A DNA stretch of 46,172 nucleotides, taken from sequence record DRR723986_1366, one strand, 5' to 3'. The notes beneath the pieces are model-generated. The model had not been told where the DNA came from and did no database searches. It saw nothing but the letters and a program-made list of their open reading frames with translations. Within the stretch, counting starts at the first letter, position 1. Each line of letters opens with the position of its first letter. A program made the translations under genes and the position numbers. Below, one piece after another: positions 38,608 to 46,172 of the stretch.

Positions 38608-39392
38608 GACGAGCCTACCTGTTGGCGCTCATCCTGACGGGTTGCAGCCAAGGCCATGACCGGTTTGCAGAGCGAAGCGAGATATCCTCTGCGGACATTC
38701 GGTCCGGCTATGAGTTCCTTCAGCCCGAGACCCAAGCCCTTCAGGACGACGCATTCGCCAATCCAGGATACCTCTGGGTCGACAAGGGAGAAGCCCTGTT
38801 CAATCAGAGTCCGGAGCATGGCGATCCTGCCTGCTCGTCCTGCCACAGTGACGGCAGCCGCCCGGTTTCGAAAGCTGCGGCACATTACCCAGCCATTGAC
38901 GATCAATCAGGCAAACTCGTGAATCTCGAGGCGCGAATAAATCTCTGCCGCGAACGTTACCAGGGTCTCGCACCCCTGGAATATGAAAGTGACGATCTGC
39001 TCGGCCTGACAGCCTACCTGTCCCACCTCGCCCAGGGAGAGCCGGTCTCAGTGACGGTCGATGGGCAAGCGAAGAAATACTACGACGCCGGAGAAGACTA
39101 TTTCTTTCTGCGTAAAGGTCAGTTCAATCTGGCCTGCAGCCAGTGTCACAATGAACACTGGGGTGACAAGTTGCGCGGCGATACGATCAGTCAGGGACAT
39201 GGTAACGCTTTCCCGGCTTACCGGATGGAGTGGCAGACATTTGGTTCGCTGCATCGCCGGCTGCGGGATTGCGATTCCGGGATCCGGGCTGAGCCGCTTG
39301 AGTACGGATCCGAGACCTATACGGCCGTTGAACTCTATCTGGCGAAACGCACCGAAGGGTTGGCCATGGAATCCCCGGGTGTAAGACGATGA
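38604..39392 (+). CDS. soxA: Diheme SoxA cytochrome
   Basis: ATG at 38604, lipobox LTGC, hemes CSSCH and CSQCH, INLC, FPAYR, active-site RRLRDC, and C-terminal PGVRR. Confidence 0.92.
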   Translation: MRRAYLLALILTGCSQGHDRFAERSEISSADIRSGYEFLQPETQALQDDAFANPGYLWVDKGEALFNQSPEHGDPACSSCHSDGSRPVSKAAAHYPAIDDQSGKLVNLEARINLCRERYQGLAPLEYESDDLLGLTAYLSHLAQGEPVSVTVDGQAKKYYDAGEDYFFLRKGQFNLACSQCHNEHWGDKLRGDTISQGHGNAFPAYRMEWQTFGSLHRRLRDCDSGIRAEPLEYGSETYTAVELYLAKRTEGLAMESPGVRR

Positions 39393-39745
39393 ACAAGCCT
39401 GACAAACCCCGCCTAAGCATTCGGATCGATCTGCCCAGCGGCGGACGGTTCGGGCCGGGAAAGGCCGCTCTGCTGGACGCGATCGCGGATCTCGGCTCCA
39501 TCAACAAAGCGGCTTCCCAATTGGGGATGTCATACCCACGGGCCAAAAAGCTCGTTGAAGCAATGAACCGGGACTTCGGTGTCCCTCTGGTCATTTCGAC
39601 TCAAGGCGGCGCGGATGGCGGTGGTTCCCACCTGACGGACGCCGCAGAAGATATTCGGACGCATTATCGGGACCTGTGCAAACGATCACTTGCGCACAAC
39701 AAAGAGCTCCTGACGAAGTTTGAGCCTTCAAAACCACGTCATTAG
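39389..39745 (+). CDS. Short ModE-like regulator (winged-helix domain only)
   Basis: FGPGKAALLDAI...GSINKAA..LGMSY and GGADGGGSHLT; 118 aa with no TOBE/Mop domains. Confidence 0.88.
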   Translation: MNKPDKPRLSIRIDLPSGGRFGPGKAALLDAIADLGSINKAASQLGMSYPRAKKLVEAMNRDFGVPLVISTQGGADGGGSHLTDAAEDIRTHYRDLCKRSLAHNKELLTKFEPSKPRH

Positions 39746-39752
39746 GGCTGTC

Positions 39753-39778
39753 GCATTATAAATACCCATTTATAATGC
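39753..39778. promoter_or_regulatory. ModE-box-like operator overlapping a TATAAT -10 hexamer
   Basis: Perfect inverted repeat GCATTATAAAT-ACCC-ATTTATAATGC, giving TTATA-N10-TATAA spacing. Confidence 0.75.
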
Positions 39779-39783
39779 TTGCG

Positions 39784-41286
39784 ATGGCTGACCCTTTGCG
39801 CCTCTACGCAGAACACCCGCAGGATGTGCTGGGCCAGTGGCTGGCCTGGCGCCAGACCAGACCGGTTGCGCTGGTGGTGGTCACGTCCACTGCTGGCGGC
39901 AGTGTCCGCTCCCCCGGCGCATTGATGGCCGTCACTGAGGATGGCCGCCGCTGCGGTTATATTTCGGGCGGCTGTGTCGACGCCGATGTGGTGCTGCAGG
40001 CTCAGCAGGCCATCTCAGAAAACAAGGTCATGTCATTGCGATACGGGGACGGTTCTCCCTTTATCGACATGCCGCTCCCCTGTGGTGGCGCCATCGAAAT
40101 TTCGATCTTGCCCGACGCCAATGAAGAGAAACTGCAGCTTTGTCATGACGCCTTGAGCGCCCGGGTAAATACGACGCTATCCCTGCCGGAATTGTCGGCC
40201 TCATTCGCATACAGCCCAAAACTCCGTATCAGGATTGCAGGACGCGGCGCCGATGCGCTCGCGCTTGCCAGGCTCGTCCGGGCGAGCGGCTATGAGTTGA
40301 CCCTTCAGCTGCGCGACGGGGAAGACATCGATGAAGCCAGGCGCGACGGCTTCAATGATGTCACTGCCCTGAAAACTCCTCAGGACTTGCCGCCCTCATC
40401 CGATGACGCCTGGACGGCCTTCATTCTGATGTTCCATGATCCGGACTGGGAAGCAGCGCTTCTGAAGCAAGCCCTGCAAGGTCAGGCCTTTTACATTGGG
40501 GCGGTTGGCAGCCGAAAGACACAATCCCGCCGCCGGACGCGGCTGGTACAGGAAGGCGTCGAACCGTTACAAATCTCACGCGTGCGCGGCCCGGTCGGCC
40601 TCGTCCCCTCCATGCGGGATGCCTCGATGCTTGCCGTTTCGACACTCGCGGAAATTGTTGGCGTTTACCGGGAAGCCCAAACCACTTCGCTCGCTGACAC
40701 AGCGATCATCCTTCTGGCGGCCGGGAAATCCGAACGCTTTGCGGAAGGCGACAAATTACTTTCATCCCTCGCAGGCAAGCCTGTTCTTGGTCACGCGGCG
40801 GCCCTGCTGGAAGGTCAGCCGGTTGCGGCCCGAATCGCCGTGATAGGCCCCGGTCAAACCAAGCGCCATGAGCTGCTTCAATCTGCAGGGTGGCAGGTCA
40901 TCGAAAACAGGGATGCCGCGGCAGGTCAGTCGACATCATTGAAGGCCGGCATCAAAGCAGCCGCCGCGCTGCCGGAAGTGGAGCACGCACTGTTCCTGCT
41001 GGCCGACATGCCCTTTATCACCAATGCGCACCTGAACAGACTTCGCCAAACGATGGCGCTGGAAACGCAAGCCGTCATGTCGAGCGCGCGCGAGTCCAAT
41101 TGCCCGCCTGCAATCTTTTCAAGATCCATATTTGATCAGCTCACGAACTTATCCGGTGATATGGGCGCCAGGCAGGTATTCCAGTCTCTCGACCGAACGA
41201 AAACAGTGTCCCTGCCGGAAAGCGACGCACTCGATATCGACACAACCGAAGACCTTGCCCGGGCAACCGGCGCACTTTCTGTCTAG
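39784..41286 (+). CDS. XdhC/CoxI Moco-insertion chaperone fused to MocA-like nucleotidyltransferase
   Basis: N-terminal GSVRSPGALM, ISGGCV, LPCGG and YIGAVGS; C-terminal LLAAGKSERF, LADMP, GDMGAR and DIDT. The start is 39775 or 39784. Confidence 0.9.
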   Translation: MADPLRLYAEHPQDVLGQWLAWRQTRPVALVVVTSTAGGSVRSPGALMAVTEDGRRCGYISGGCVDADVVLQAQQAISENKVMSLRYGDGSPFIDMPLPCGGAIEISILPDANEEKLQLCHDALSARVNTTLSLPELSASFAYSPKLRIRIAGRGADALALARLVRASGYELTLQLRDGEDIDEARRDGFNDVTALKTPQDLPPSSDDAWTAFILMFHDPDWEAALLKQALQGQAFYIGAVGSRKTQSRRRTRLVQEGVEPLQISRVRGPVGLVPSMRDASMLAVSTLAEIVGVYREAQTTSLADTAIILLAAGKSERFAEGDKLLSSLAGKPVLGHAAALLEGQPVAARIAVIGPGQTKRHELLQSAGWQVIENRDAAAGQSTSLKAGIKAAAALPEVEHALFLLADMPFITNAHLNRLRQTMALETQAVMSSARESNCPPAIFSRSIFDQLTNLSGDMGARQVFQSLDRTKTVSLPESDALDIDTTEDLARATGALSV

Positions 41287-41298
41287 GAGTGCGAGGTC

Positions 41299-42060
41299 TT
41301 GGTTTACGTACTCCCGATCATTTTTTTCATCACGGCAGCGCTCTATGCCAGTGTCGGGTTCGGCGGCGGGTCCACCTATAATGCGGTGCTGATCCTGTCC
41401 GGGGCTGATTTCAGAATTGTTCCGCTGATCGCTTTGGCTTGCAATATCCTGGTCGTTTCCGGCAACACGTTCAGATACGGCATCACCGGAAACCTGAACT
41501 GGCGCGCACTTCTGCCGGCATTGGCCCTTTCCGTACCGCTCGCCTGGCTAGGTGGGCGAATACCGGTGAGTGAGTTCGTGTTCTCCGCCTTGCTCGGGGT
41601 CACATTGCTGCTGACCGGCCTTTCGATGCTTTTCCAGAACCGTTGGAAACGTACAAATGAGGACGCATCTCCTCCAAGTGCGCTCATTCTGCTGCCAGTT
41701 GGCGCGGGAACCGGCTTCCTCGCAGGGCTTGTGGGCATAGGCGGCGGTATCTTTCTCGCGCCGGTGCTCTACTGGATCAGATGGAGCCACGAAAAGGCAA
41801 TCGCCGCCGCTTGCAGCTTGTTCATCCTGTTGAACTCTCTTTCCGGACTTGCCGGGCAGGCCACAAAACTGAACAATGTCGGTACACTTCAACTGGCAAC
41901 ACCGTACCTGCCGCTCCTGCCCGCTGTCCTGATCGGCGGATGGATTGGCAATCGGTTCGGTGTTCTTAAAATGCAACCAGCCCATCTGCGCCGCGGAACG
42001 GCTATCCTGATCCTGGTCGTTGCAGTGCGACTACTCTACAAAGTCTGGAAAACGGCATAG
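41299..42060 (+). CDS. TSUP (TauE/SafE) family membrane transporter
   Basis: Duplicated Gly motifs VGFGGG and VGIGGGIFLAP; about 8 hydrophobic segments. Confidence 0.9.
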   Translation: MVYVLPIIFFITAALYASVGFGGGSTYNAVLILSGADFRIVPLIALACNILVVSGNTFRYGITGNLNWRALLPALALSVPLAWLGGRIPVSEFVFSALLGVTLLLTGLSMLFQNRWKRTNEDASPPSALILLPVGAGTGFLAGLVGIGGGIFLAPVLYWIRWSHEKAIAAACSLFILLNSLSGLAGQATKLNNVGTLQLATPYLPLLPAVLIGGWIGNRFGVLKMQPAHLRRGTAILILVVAVRLLYKVWKTA

Positions 42061-42064
42061 CCCC

Positions 42065-43084
42065 ATGACCACATCTTCCCCCGCTCCTCTTCTGGACAAG
42101 TTTGGCCGGCAAGTGACCTATCTCCGCCTGTCGGTCACGGACCGCTGCGACCTTCGCTGCACTTACTGCATGGCCGAAGCGATGACTTTCCTTCCCAAAA
42201 AAGAACTACTGACTCTCGAAGAACTCGAATTCGTTGCGAAGGCCTTCATCCGCCGCGGCGTCCGGAAGATCCGGATCACAGGTGGTGAGCCACTGGTTCG
42301 CAAAGACATTCTGAGACTGTTTTACCAGCTCGGCGGAATGCTGGGCGATGGCCTTGAAGAACTGACTCTCACAACAAACGCGACACAACTTTCCCAGTAT
42401 GCGAATGACCTTGCGAAAGCCGGGGTAGGCAAGGTCAACGTATCGCTCGATACATTGAACCCTGTCCGTTTCGCCGAGATCGCCCGCCGAAGCCAGCTGC
42501 CGCGAGTGCTTGAAGGCATTGATGCGGCCAAGACGGCAGGCCTGAAAGTCAAGATCAACACCGTCGCGCTCAAGCATCAGAATGCTGATGAAATACCCGA
42601 CATCATCTCCTGGGCCCACCAAGAAGGGCATGACATCTCCCTGATAGAGGTCATGCCACTTGGTGAAACCGATGAAGACCGTTTTGATCAATACATACCT
42701 CTGGACCTTGTTCAGCAGCAGCTTGAAAACAAGTGGACGCTCGAACCGGAAGCAACGCGTGATCCGCTCGCCGGGCCATCCCGATACTTCCGCATCCGGG
42801 AAACAGGCGGCCGACTGGGTTTCATCACGCCGCTGACGAACAATTTCTGCGCGGGGTGCAATCGGGTCCGCGTCACCTGCACAGGCCGAATTTACATGTG
42901 CCTTGGCCAAAACAATCACATCGACCTGCGCACACCGATCCGAGAGTCAGCCGATCCTGAAAAAGCGCTTGATGAGGCACTGGATGCCGCGCTGTTCGCA
43001 AAACCTGAGCGCCATGACTTCGCGAACCGAAGCCCGGGCCAAGCCCCTGCCCTTGCGCGTCACATGTCCGTGACAGGAGGCTAG
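42065..43084 (+). CDS. moaA: GTP 3',8-cyclase MoaA
   Basis: YLRLSVTDRCDLRCTYC, FCAGCNRVR and C-terminal MSVTGG. Confidence 0.97.
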   Translation: MTTSSPAPLLDKFGRQVTYLRLSVTDRCDLRCTYCMAEAMTFLPKKELLTLEELEFVAKAFIRRGVRKIRITGGEPLVRKDILRLFYQLGGMLGDGLEELTLTTNATQLSQYANDLAKAGVGKVNVSLDTLNPVRFAEIARRSQLPRVLEGIDAAKTAGLKVKINTVALKHQNADEIPDIISWAHQEGHDISLIEVMPLGETDEDRFDQYIPLDLVQQQLENKWTLEPEATRDPLAGPSRYFRIRETGGRLGFITPLTNNFCAGCNRVRVTCTGRIYMCLGQNNHIDLRTPIRESADPEKALDEALDAALFAKPERHDFANRSPGQAPALARHMSVTGG

Positions 43085-43086
43085 TG

Positions 43087-43335
43087 ATGGCGACGATTCT
43101 TTACTTCGGAAAACTGTCCAGCATCTTTGGTGAGCTTTCAGAGCATACGCCCATTCCCGAGAAAATCGTGGATACCAAATCCCTGAGAGAGTGGCTCGAC
43201 CAGTCGAGAGGCTTCGACGGCGCGCTCATGCACAAAAGTGTCCGCGTCGCTGTAAACAGTGAAATCGTGGACGATCCATTCCCGGTTTCTGATGCCGATG
43301 AAATCGCATTCATGCCGCCCGTCGGAGGGGGATGA
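43087..43335 (+). CDS. moaD: Molybdopterin synthase sulfur carrier MoaD
   Basis: ILYFG, VAVN and C-terminal EIAFMPPVGGG. Confidence 0.93.
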   Translation: MATILYFGKLSSIFGELSEHTPIPEKIVDTKSLREWLDQSRGFDGALMHKSVRVAVNSEIVDDPFPVSDADEIAFMPPVGGG

Positions 43336-43784
43336 TGATCCGCATCACAGACAATCCTTTTCAGGTTGCCGATGCCGTCGCGGAGTTTGAAAGACAATCC
43401 GCAGGCGCAGGCGCCATTGTGACTTTTTCAGGTCTGGTTCGTCCTCAGTCAGCAGAAGGATTCGTGCAGACGTTGCACCTCCAGGCCTATTCACCGATGA
43501 CGGAGAATGGCATCCGGGATGCTATCGATGACACTCAGCAAAGGTGGTCGCTTTCGGCCGTCCAGGTCATCCACAGGATAGGAGACATGGCACCTGGAGA
43601 TCCCATCGTATTTGTCGCGACCGCGGCGCCCCATCGCCGGGCAGCGTTCGAAGCGGCCGACTTCCTGATGGACTACCTCAAGACCGAAGCCATCTTCTGG
43701 AAAAAGGAAATCACCGCATCTGAATCGCGCTGGATCGAACCCAGGGCTGAAGATTACCGCGACCGCACCAGATGGAACCAATAG
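43332..43784 (+). CDS. moaE: Molybdopterin synthase catalytic subunit MoaE
   Basis: Motifs GAIVTFSGLVR, HRIG, HRRAAFEA and FWKKE. Confidence 0.95.
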   Translation: MMIRITDNPFQVADAVAEFERQSAGAGAIVTFSGLVRPQSAEGFVQTLHLQAYSPMTENGIRDAIDDTQQRWSLSAVQVIHRIGDMAPGDPIVFVATAAPHRRAAFEAADFLMDYLKTEAIFWKKEITASESRWIEPRAEDYRDRTRWNQ

Positions 43785-43800
43785 GAAGAGAGCCAAACAC

Positions 43801-44337
43801 ATGCATGGCATAAATGAGAAACTCGAATTCAAGCCGGTCAGGATCGCAGTTCTGATCGTCAGCGATACGCGGACATTTGAAACAGACACATCGGGTGCAA
43901 CGCTCGTTCAGCGGCTGGAATCGGCAGGCCATGTCCTGGCGGACAGAAGGATTCTTCCTGACGACAGGGCGGCCATCCGAGCCCAGGTTTCGGCCTGGAT
44001 TGCGGACCCGGATACGGATGTCGTAATCACCAGCGGCGGCACAGGTCTCACCGGCCGGGATGTGACTCCGGAAGCTGTGACGCCGCTTTTCGACAAGACG
44101 ATTGAAGGCTTCTCGGTCATTTTCCACCAAGTCAGCTTCCAGAGCGTCGGTCTGTCTACCTTGCAGTCCCGCGCTGTTGCAGGGCTTGCATCCGGCACCT
44201 TCATATTCTGCCTCCCGGGCTCGACCGGCGCCGTGAAGGATGGCTGGGACAAGGTCATCTCTTACCAGCTCGACAGCCGCCACAAGCCCTGCAATCTCGT
44301 CGAACTGATGCCGCGCCTCATGGAGCATGAGGCGTGA
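43801..44337 (+). CDS. moaB: Molybdenum cofactor biosynthesis protein MoaB
   Basis: Motifs [27 protein letters not shown] and PCNLV. Confidence 0.95.
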   Translation: MHGINEKLEFKPVRIAVLIVSDTRTFETDTSGATLVQRLESAGHVLADRRILPDDRAAIRAQVSAWIADPDTDVVITSGGTGLTGRDVTPEAVTPLFDKTIEGFSVIFHQVSFQSVGLSTLQSRAVAGLASGTFIFCLPGSTGAVKDGWDKVISYQLDSRHKPCNLVELMPRLMEHEA

Positions 44338-44822
44338 GCGAGCTTTCCCATATCGGTCCGGACGGGCGTGCCCGGATGGTCGACATCGGCGCGAAGCCTG
44401 TCACGGAGCGTGTGGCAGTTGCGCAGGGAAAGGTCACCATGGCGGCAGCCACGCGCGAACTGGCGATGAACCGGGACACGCGAAAAGGCGATCCCATCGC
44501 CATCGCGGAACTCGCCGGCATCATGGCGGCCAAGAAAACCGCTGACCTGATCCCCCTTTGCCACCCGCTTCCGCTCACCAATGTCGAAGTCAGCATCACC
44601 CCGCTGGAACCGGATGCGATTCAGGTGACTGCAACTATCCGGACCACCGGCAAGACCGGCGTCGAGATGGAAGCCCTGACCGCCGTCTCCGCCGCCTGCC
44701 TGACGCTCTACGACATGCTGAAGTCTGTCGATAAGGCGATGGTGATCTCGGAGATCGAACTGGTGAGCAAGACCGGCGGGAAATCCGGCGACTTTTACAA
44801 GGAAACATCGCGAGCAGCCTGA
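44334..44822 (+). CDS. moaC: cPMP synthase MoaC
   Basis: Motifs [25 protein letters not shown] and KTGGKSG. Confidence 0.97.
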   Translation: MSELSHIGPDGRARMVDIGAKPVTERVAVAQGKVTMAAATRELAMNRDTRKGDPIAIAELAGIMAAKKTADLIPLCHPLPLTNVEVSITPLEPDAIQVTATIRTTGKTGVEMEALTAVSAACLTLYDMLKSVDKAMVISEIELVSKTGGKSGDFYKETSRAA

Positions 44823-46006
44823 TCAGTGTCGATGATGCGTTTCGAGCGCTGGCGCCGCATGTTCTGGATGCGGGAGAAGAGGCGATCCCGGTCGGTGATG
44901 CGCTTGGCCGGGTGTTGGCACGGGACGTTCTCGCCAGAACGACAACGCCGCCGGCGGATGTCTCGGCGATGGATGGATATGCCGTCCGCCTTTCCGATGT
45001 GCGCAAAGCCGGCAACCGGCTGAACGTGACCGGAGAAATTCCTGCCGGAACGCTGCCGCGCCATCCGGTTGGGCAAGGCGAAGCGATGCGGATCTTTACC
45101 GGCGCCCCCTTGCCGGAAGGTGCGGACCACATCCTGATCCAGGAAGAGGCCTCCCGCACAGGCGACATGATCGAAGTCACGGTCGCCCAGGCAGACGCAA
45201 AACACATCCGCAAGGCAGGGCGGGATTTTTCCAAAGGCGACATCCTCCTCACGGCCGGAACGCACCTTTCTCCGGCGGACCTCGGCCTGGCCGCCGCCGG
45301 GAACAATGGCACCGTCACCGTCCGAAAGAAACCGAAAGTCGCGATCCTTCCGGGTGGAGACGAATTGCTTCCCCCCGGCAGCGAGTCGAAACCCGGCAAG
45401 ATCATCGACTCCAACTCCACGGCGCTTTCGGCGCTTGTCCGGAGTTGGGGCGGCGAACCTATGACAACCGGTATTGCAGGGGATGCCGTCGAGCAAATCC
45501 GTGAATTGATCGATGCATGCGGAGAGGCTGACCTGATCCTGCCGATCGGCGGCGCCTCCGTAGGCGACTATGACTATATGAAGGCCGCTTTCCAGGAGGC
45601 CGGCGCCGAGATTCTGTTTTCGGGCATTGCCGTCCGTCCGGGAAAGCCGACCTGGTTCGCCAGAATGGGACAGCAGCGAATACTCGGCCTGCCCGGAAAC
45701 CCTGCGTCTGCTTTTGTCTGCGCCAGCCTGTTCCTGAAAGACCTGCTCGTGAACACAGCTGGTCCCTCCGCACGCTTCACCGCGACGTTGAACGTGGAGA
45801 TGGCACCCGGCGGCTTCCGGGAAACCTATTACCGCGCTGTGGCTCGCGTGGAGGATGGTCGCCGCACCGTCATGCCACTGGCGGACCAGGACAGCTCTCT
45901 GCTCAGCCCACTGCAGATGTCAAATTGCCTGATCCGCCGGATGCCGAATGCGCCTGCCGCAATCGCGGGCGACACGGTTGAATGCCTGGGCCTCGGCGAC
46001 AAATAG
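44819..46006 (+). CDS. moeA: Molybdopterin molybdotransferase MoeA (start uncertain, probably non-canonical)
   Basis: Motifs [30 protein letters not shown] and LPGNP. The in-frame N-terminus LISVDDA lies upstream of the first GTG (44912). Confidence 0.93.
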   Translation: MISVDDAFRALAPHVLDAGEEAIPVGDALGRVLARDVLARTTTPPADVSAMDGYAVRLSDVRKAGNRLNVTGEIPAGTLPRHPVGQGEAMRIFTGAPLPEGADHILIQEEASRTGDMIEVTVAQADAKHIRKAGRDFSKGDILLTAGTHLSPADLGLAAAGNNGTVTVRKKPKVAILPGGDELLPPGSESKPGKIIDSNSTALSALVRSWGGEPMTTGIAGDAVEQIRELIDACGEADLILPIGGASVGDYDYMKAAFQEAGAEILFSGIAVRPGKPTWFARMGQQRILGLPGNPASAFVCASLFLKDLLVNTAGPSARFTATLNVEMAPGGFRETYYRAVARVEDGRRTVMPLADQDSSLLSPLQMSNCLIRRMPNAPAAIAGDTVECLGLGDK

Positions 46007-46084
46007 TAGGTTATGCGGCTCAGCCCAGCACCTTTACCCGGAAACGCGTCCGCGCTCCGGCAAGATTCCTGATTTTGGCTGGGA

Positions 46085-46171
46085 TCAACCTGTATTGGGT
46101 ACCGGCCAGTCTCGCAGCGCCTCAATCAGCTGGACGTTGAGCCCGCCCGAGACGAGGGCCACGGCGCGGTG
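46085..46171 (-). CDS. Possible 3' end of a convergent gene entering from the right edge
   Basis: Open frame ...HRAVALVSGGLNVQLIEALRDWPVPNTG* with GC-rich third positions; too short to identify. Confidence 0.3.
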   Translation of the reverse strand, partial: HRAVALVSGGLNVQLIEALRDWPVPNTG

Positions 46172-46172
46172 C

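Noticed and set aside
37343-39392. Calling the organism a canonical thiosulfate-oxidising chemolithotroph
   Set aside because: soxB and soxCD are absent from the window and SoxY is non-canonical, so the phenotype cannot be inferred.
44826-45023. Separate 65-aa ORF or frameshifted moeA 5' end
   Set aside because: The MoeA-like N-terminus is already in frame with the main moeA ORF, so no frameshift is needed. The 65-aa ORF is an Arg-rich shadow.

Overview
A gene-dense, GC-rich alphaproteobacterial window. A Hyphomonadaceae/Caulobacterales-like origin is my inference from protein style and gene content. I found no rRNA, tRNA, CRISPR array or transposase. From left to right: (1) the 3' part of groEL, an acyl-CoA synthetase, a PaaI thioesterase, a DUF192 gene and a double cold-shock-domain gene. 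(2) A minus-strand curli-type functional amyloid cassette (4.5-12.2 kb): LuxR-type regulator, GIN/DUF2807-like protein, csgF, csgG, a 275-aa curlin, a giant 713-aa curlin with about 52 Q-terminated strands, and an unknown lipoprotein. No csgE, csgC or csgH is recognisable, and the two curlin genes have homologous structured leaders. (3) A BCCT transporter divergent from a TonB receptor, TPR-sulfotransferase and EctR/CosR-like MarR. (4) A lipid/acyl-CoA catabolic block: SDR, two-subunit acyl-CoA dehydrogenase, enoyl-CoA hydratase, fadH, and an amidohydrolase/epoxide hydrolase/FAD-oxidoreductase/TetR operon led by two tiny unknown ORFs. (5) A 14-kb molybdenum/sulfur module: AraC, IorA/IorB-type Mo-hydroxylase, cytochrome c plus FCSD flavoprotein, soxXYZA with a non-canonical SoxY arm and no soxB/soxCD, a short ModE with an adjacent ModE box, an XdhC-MocA fusion, a TSUP exporter and moaADEBC-moeA. 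The best candidates for under-described systems are the Mo-hydroxylase-coupled, SoxB-less Sox module and the variant curli system. All calls come from reading motifs by eye; no searches were run.
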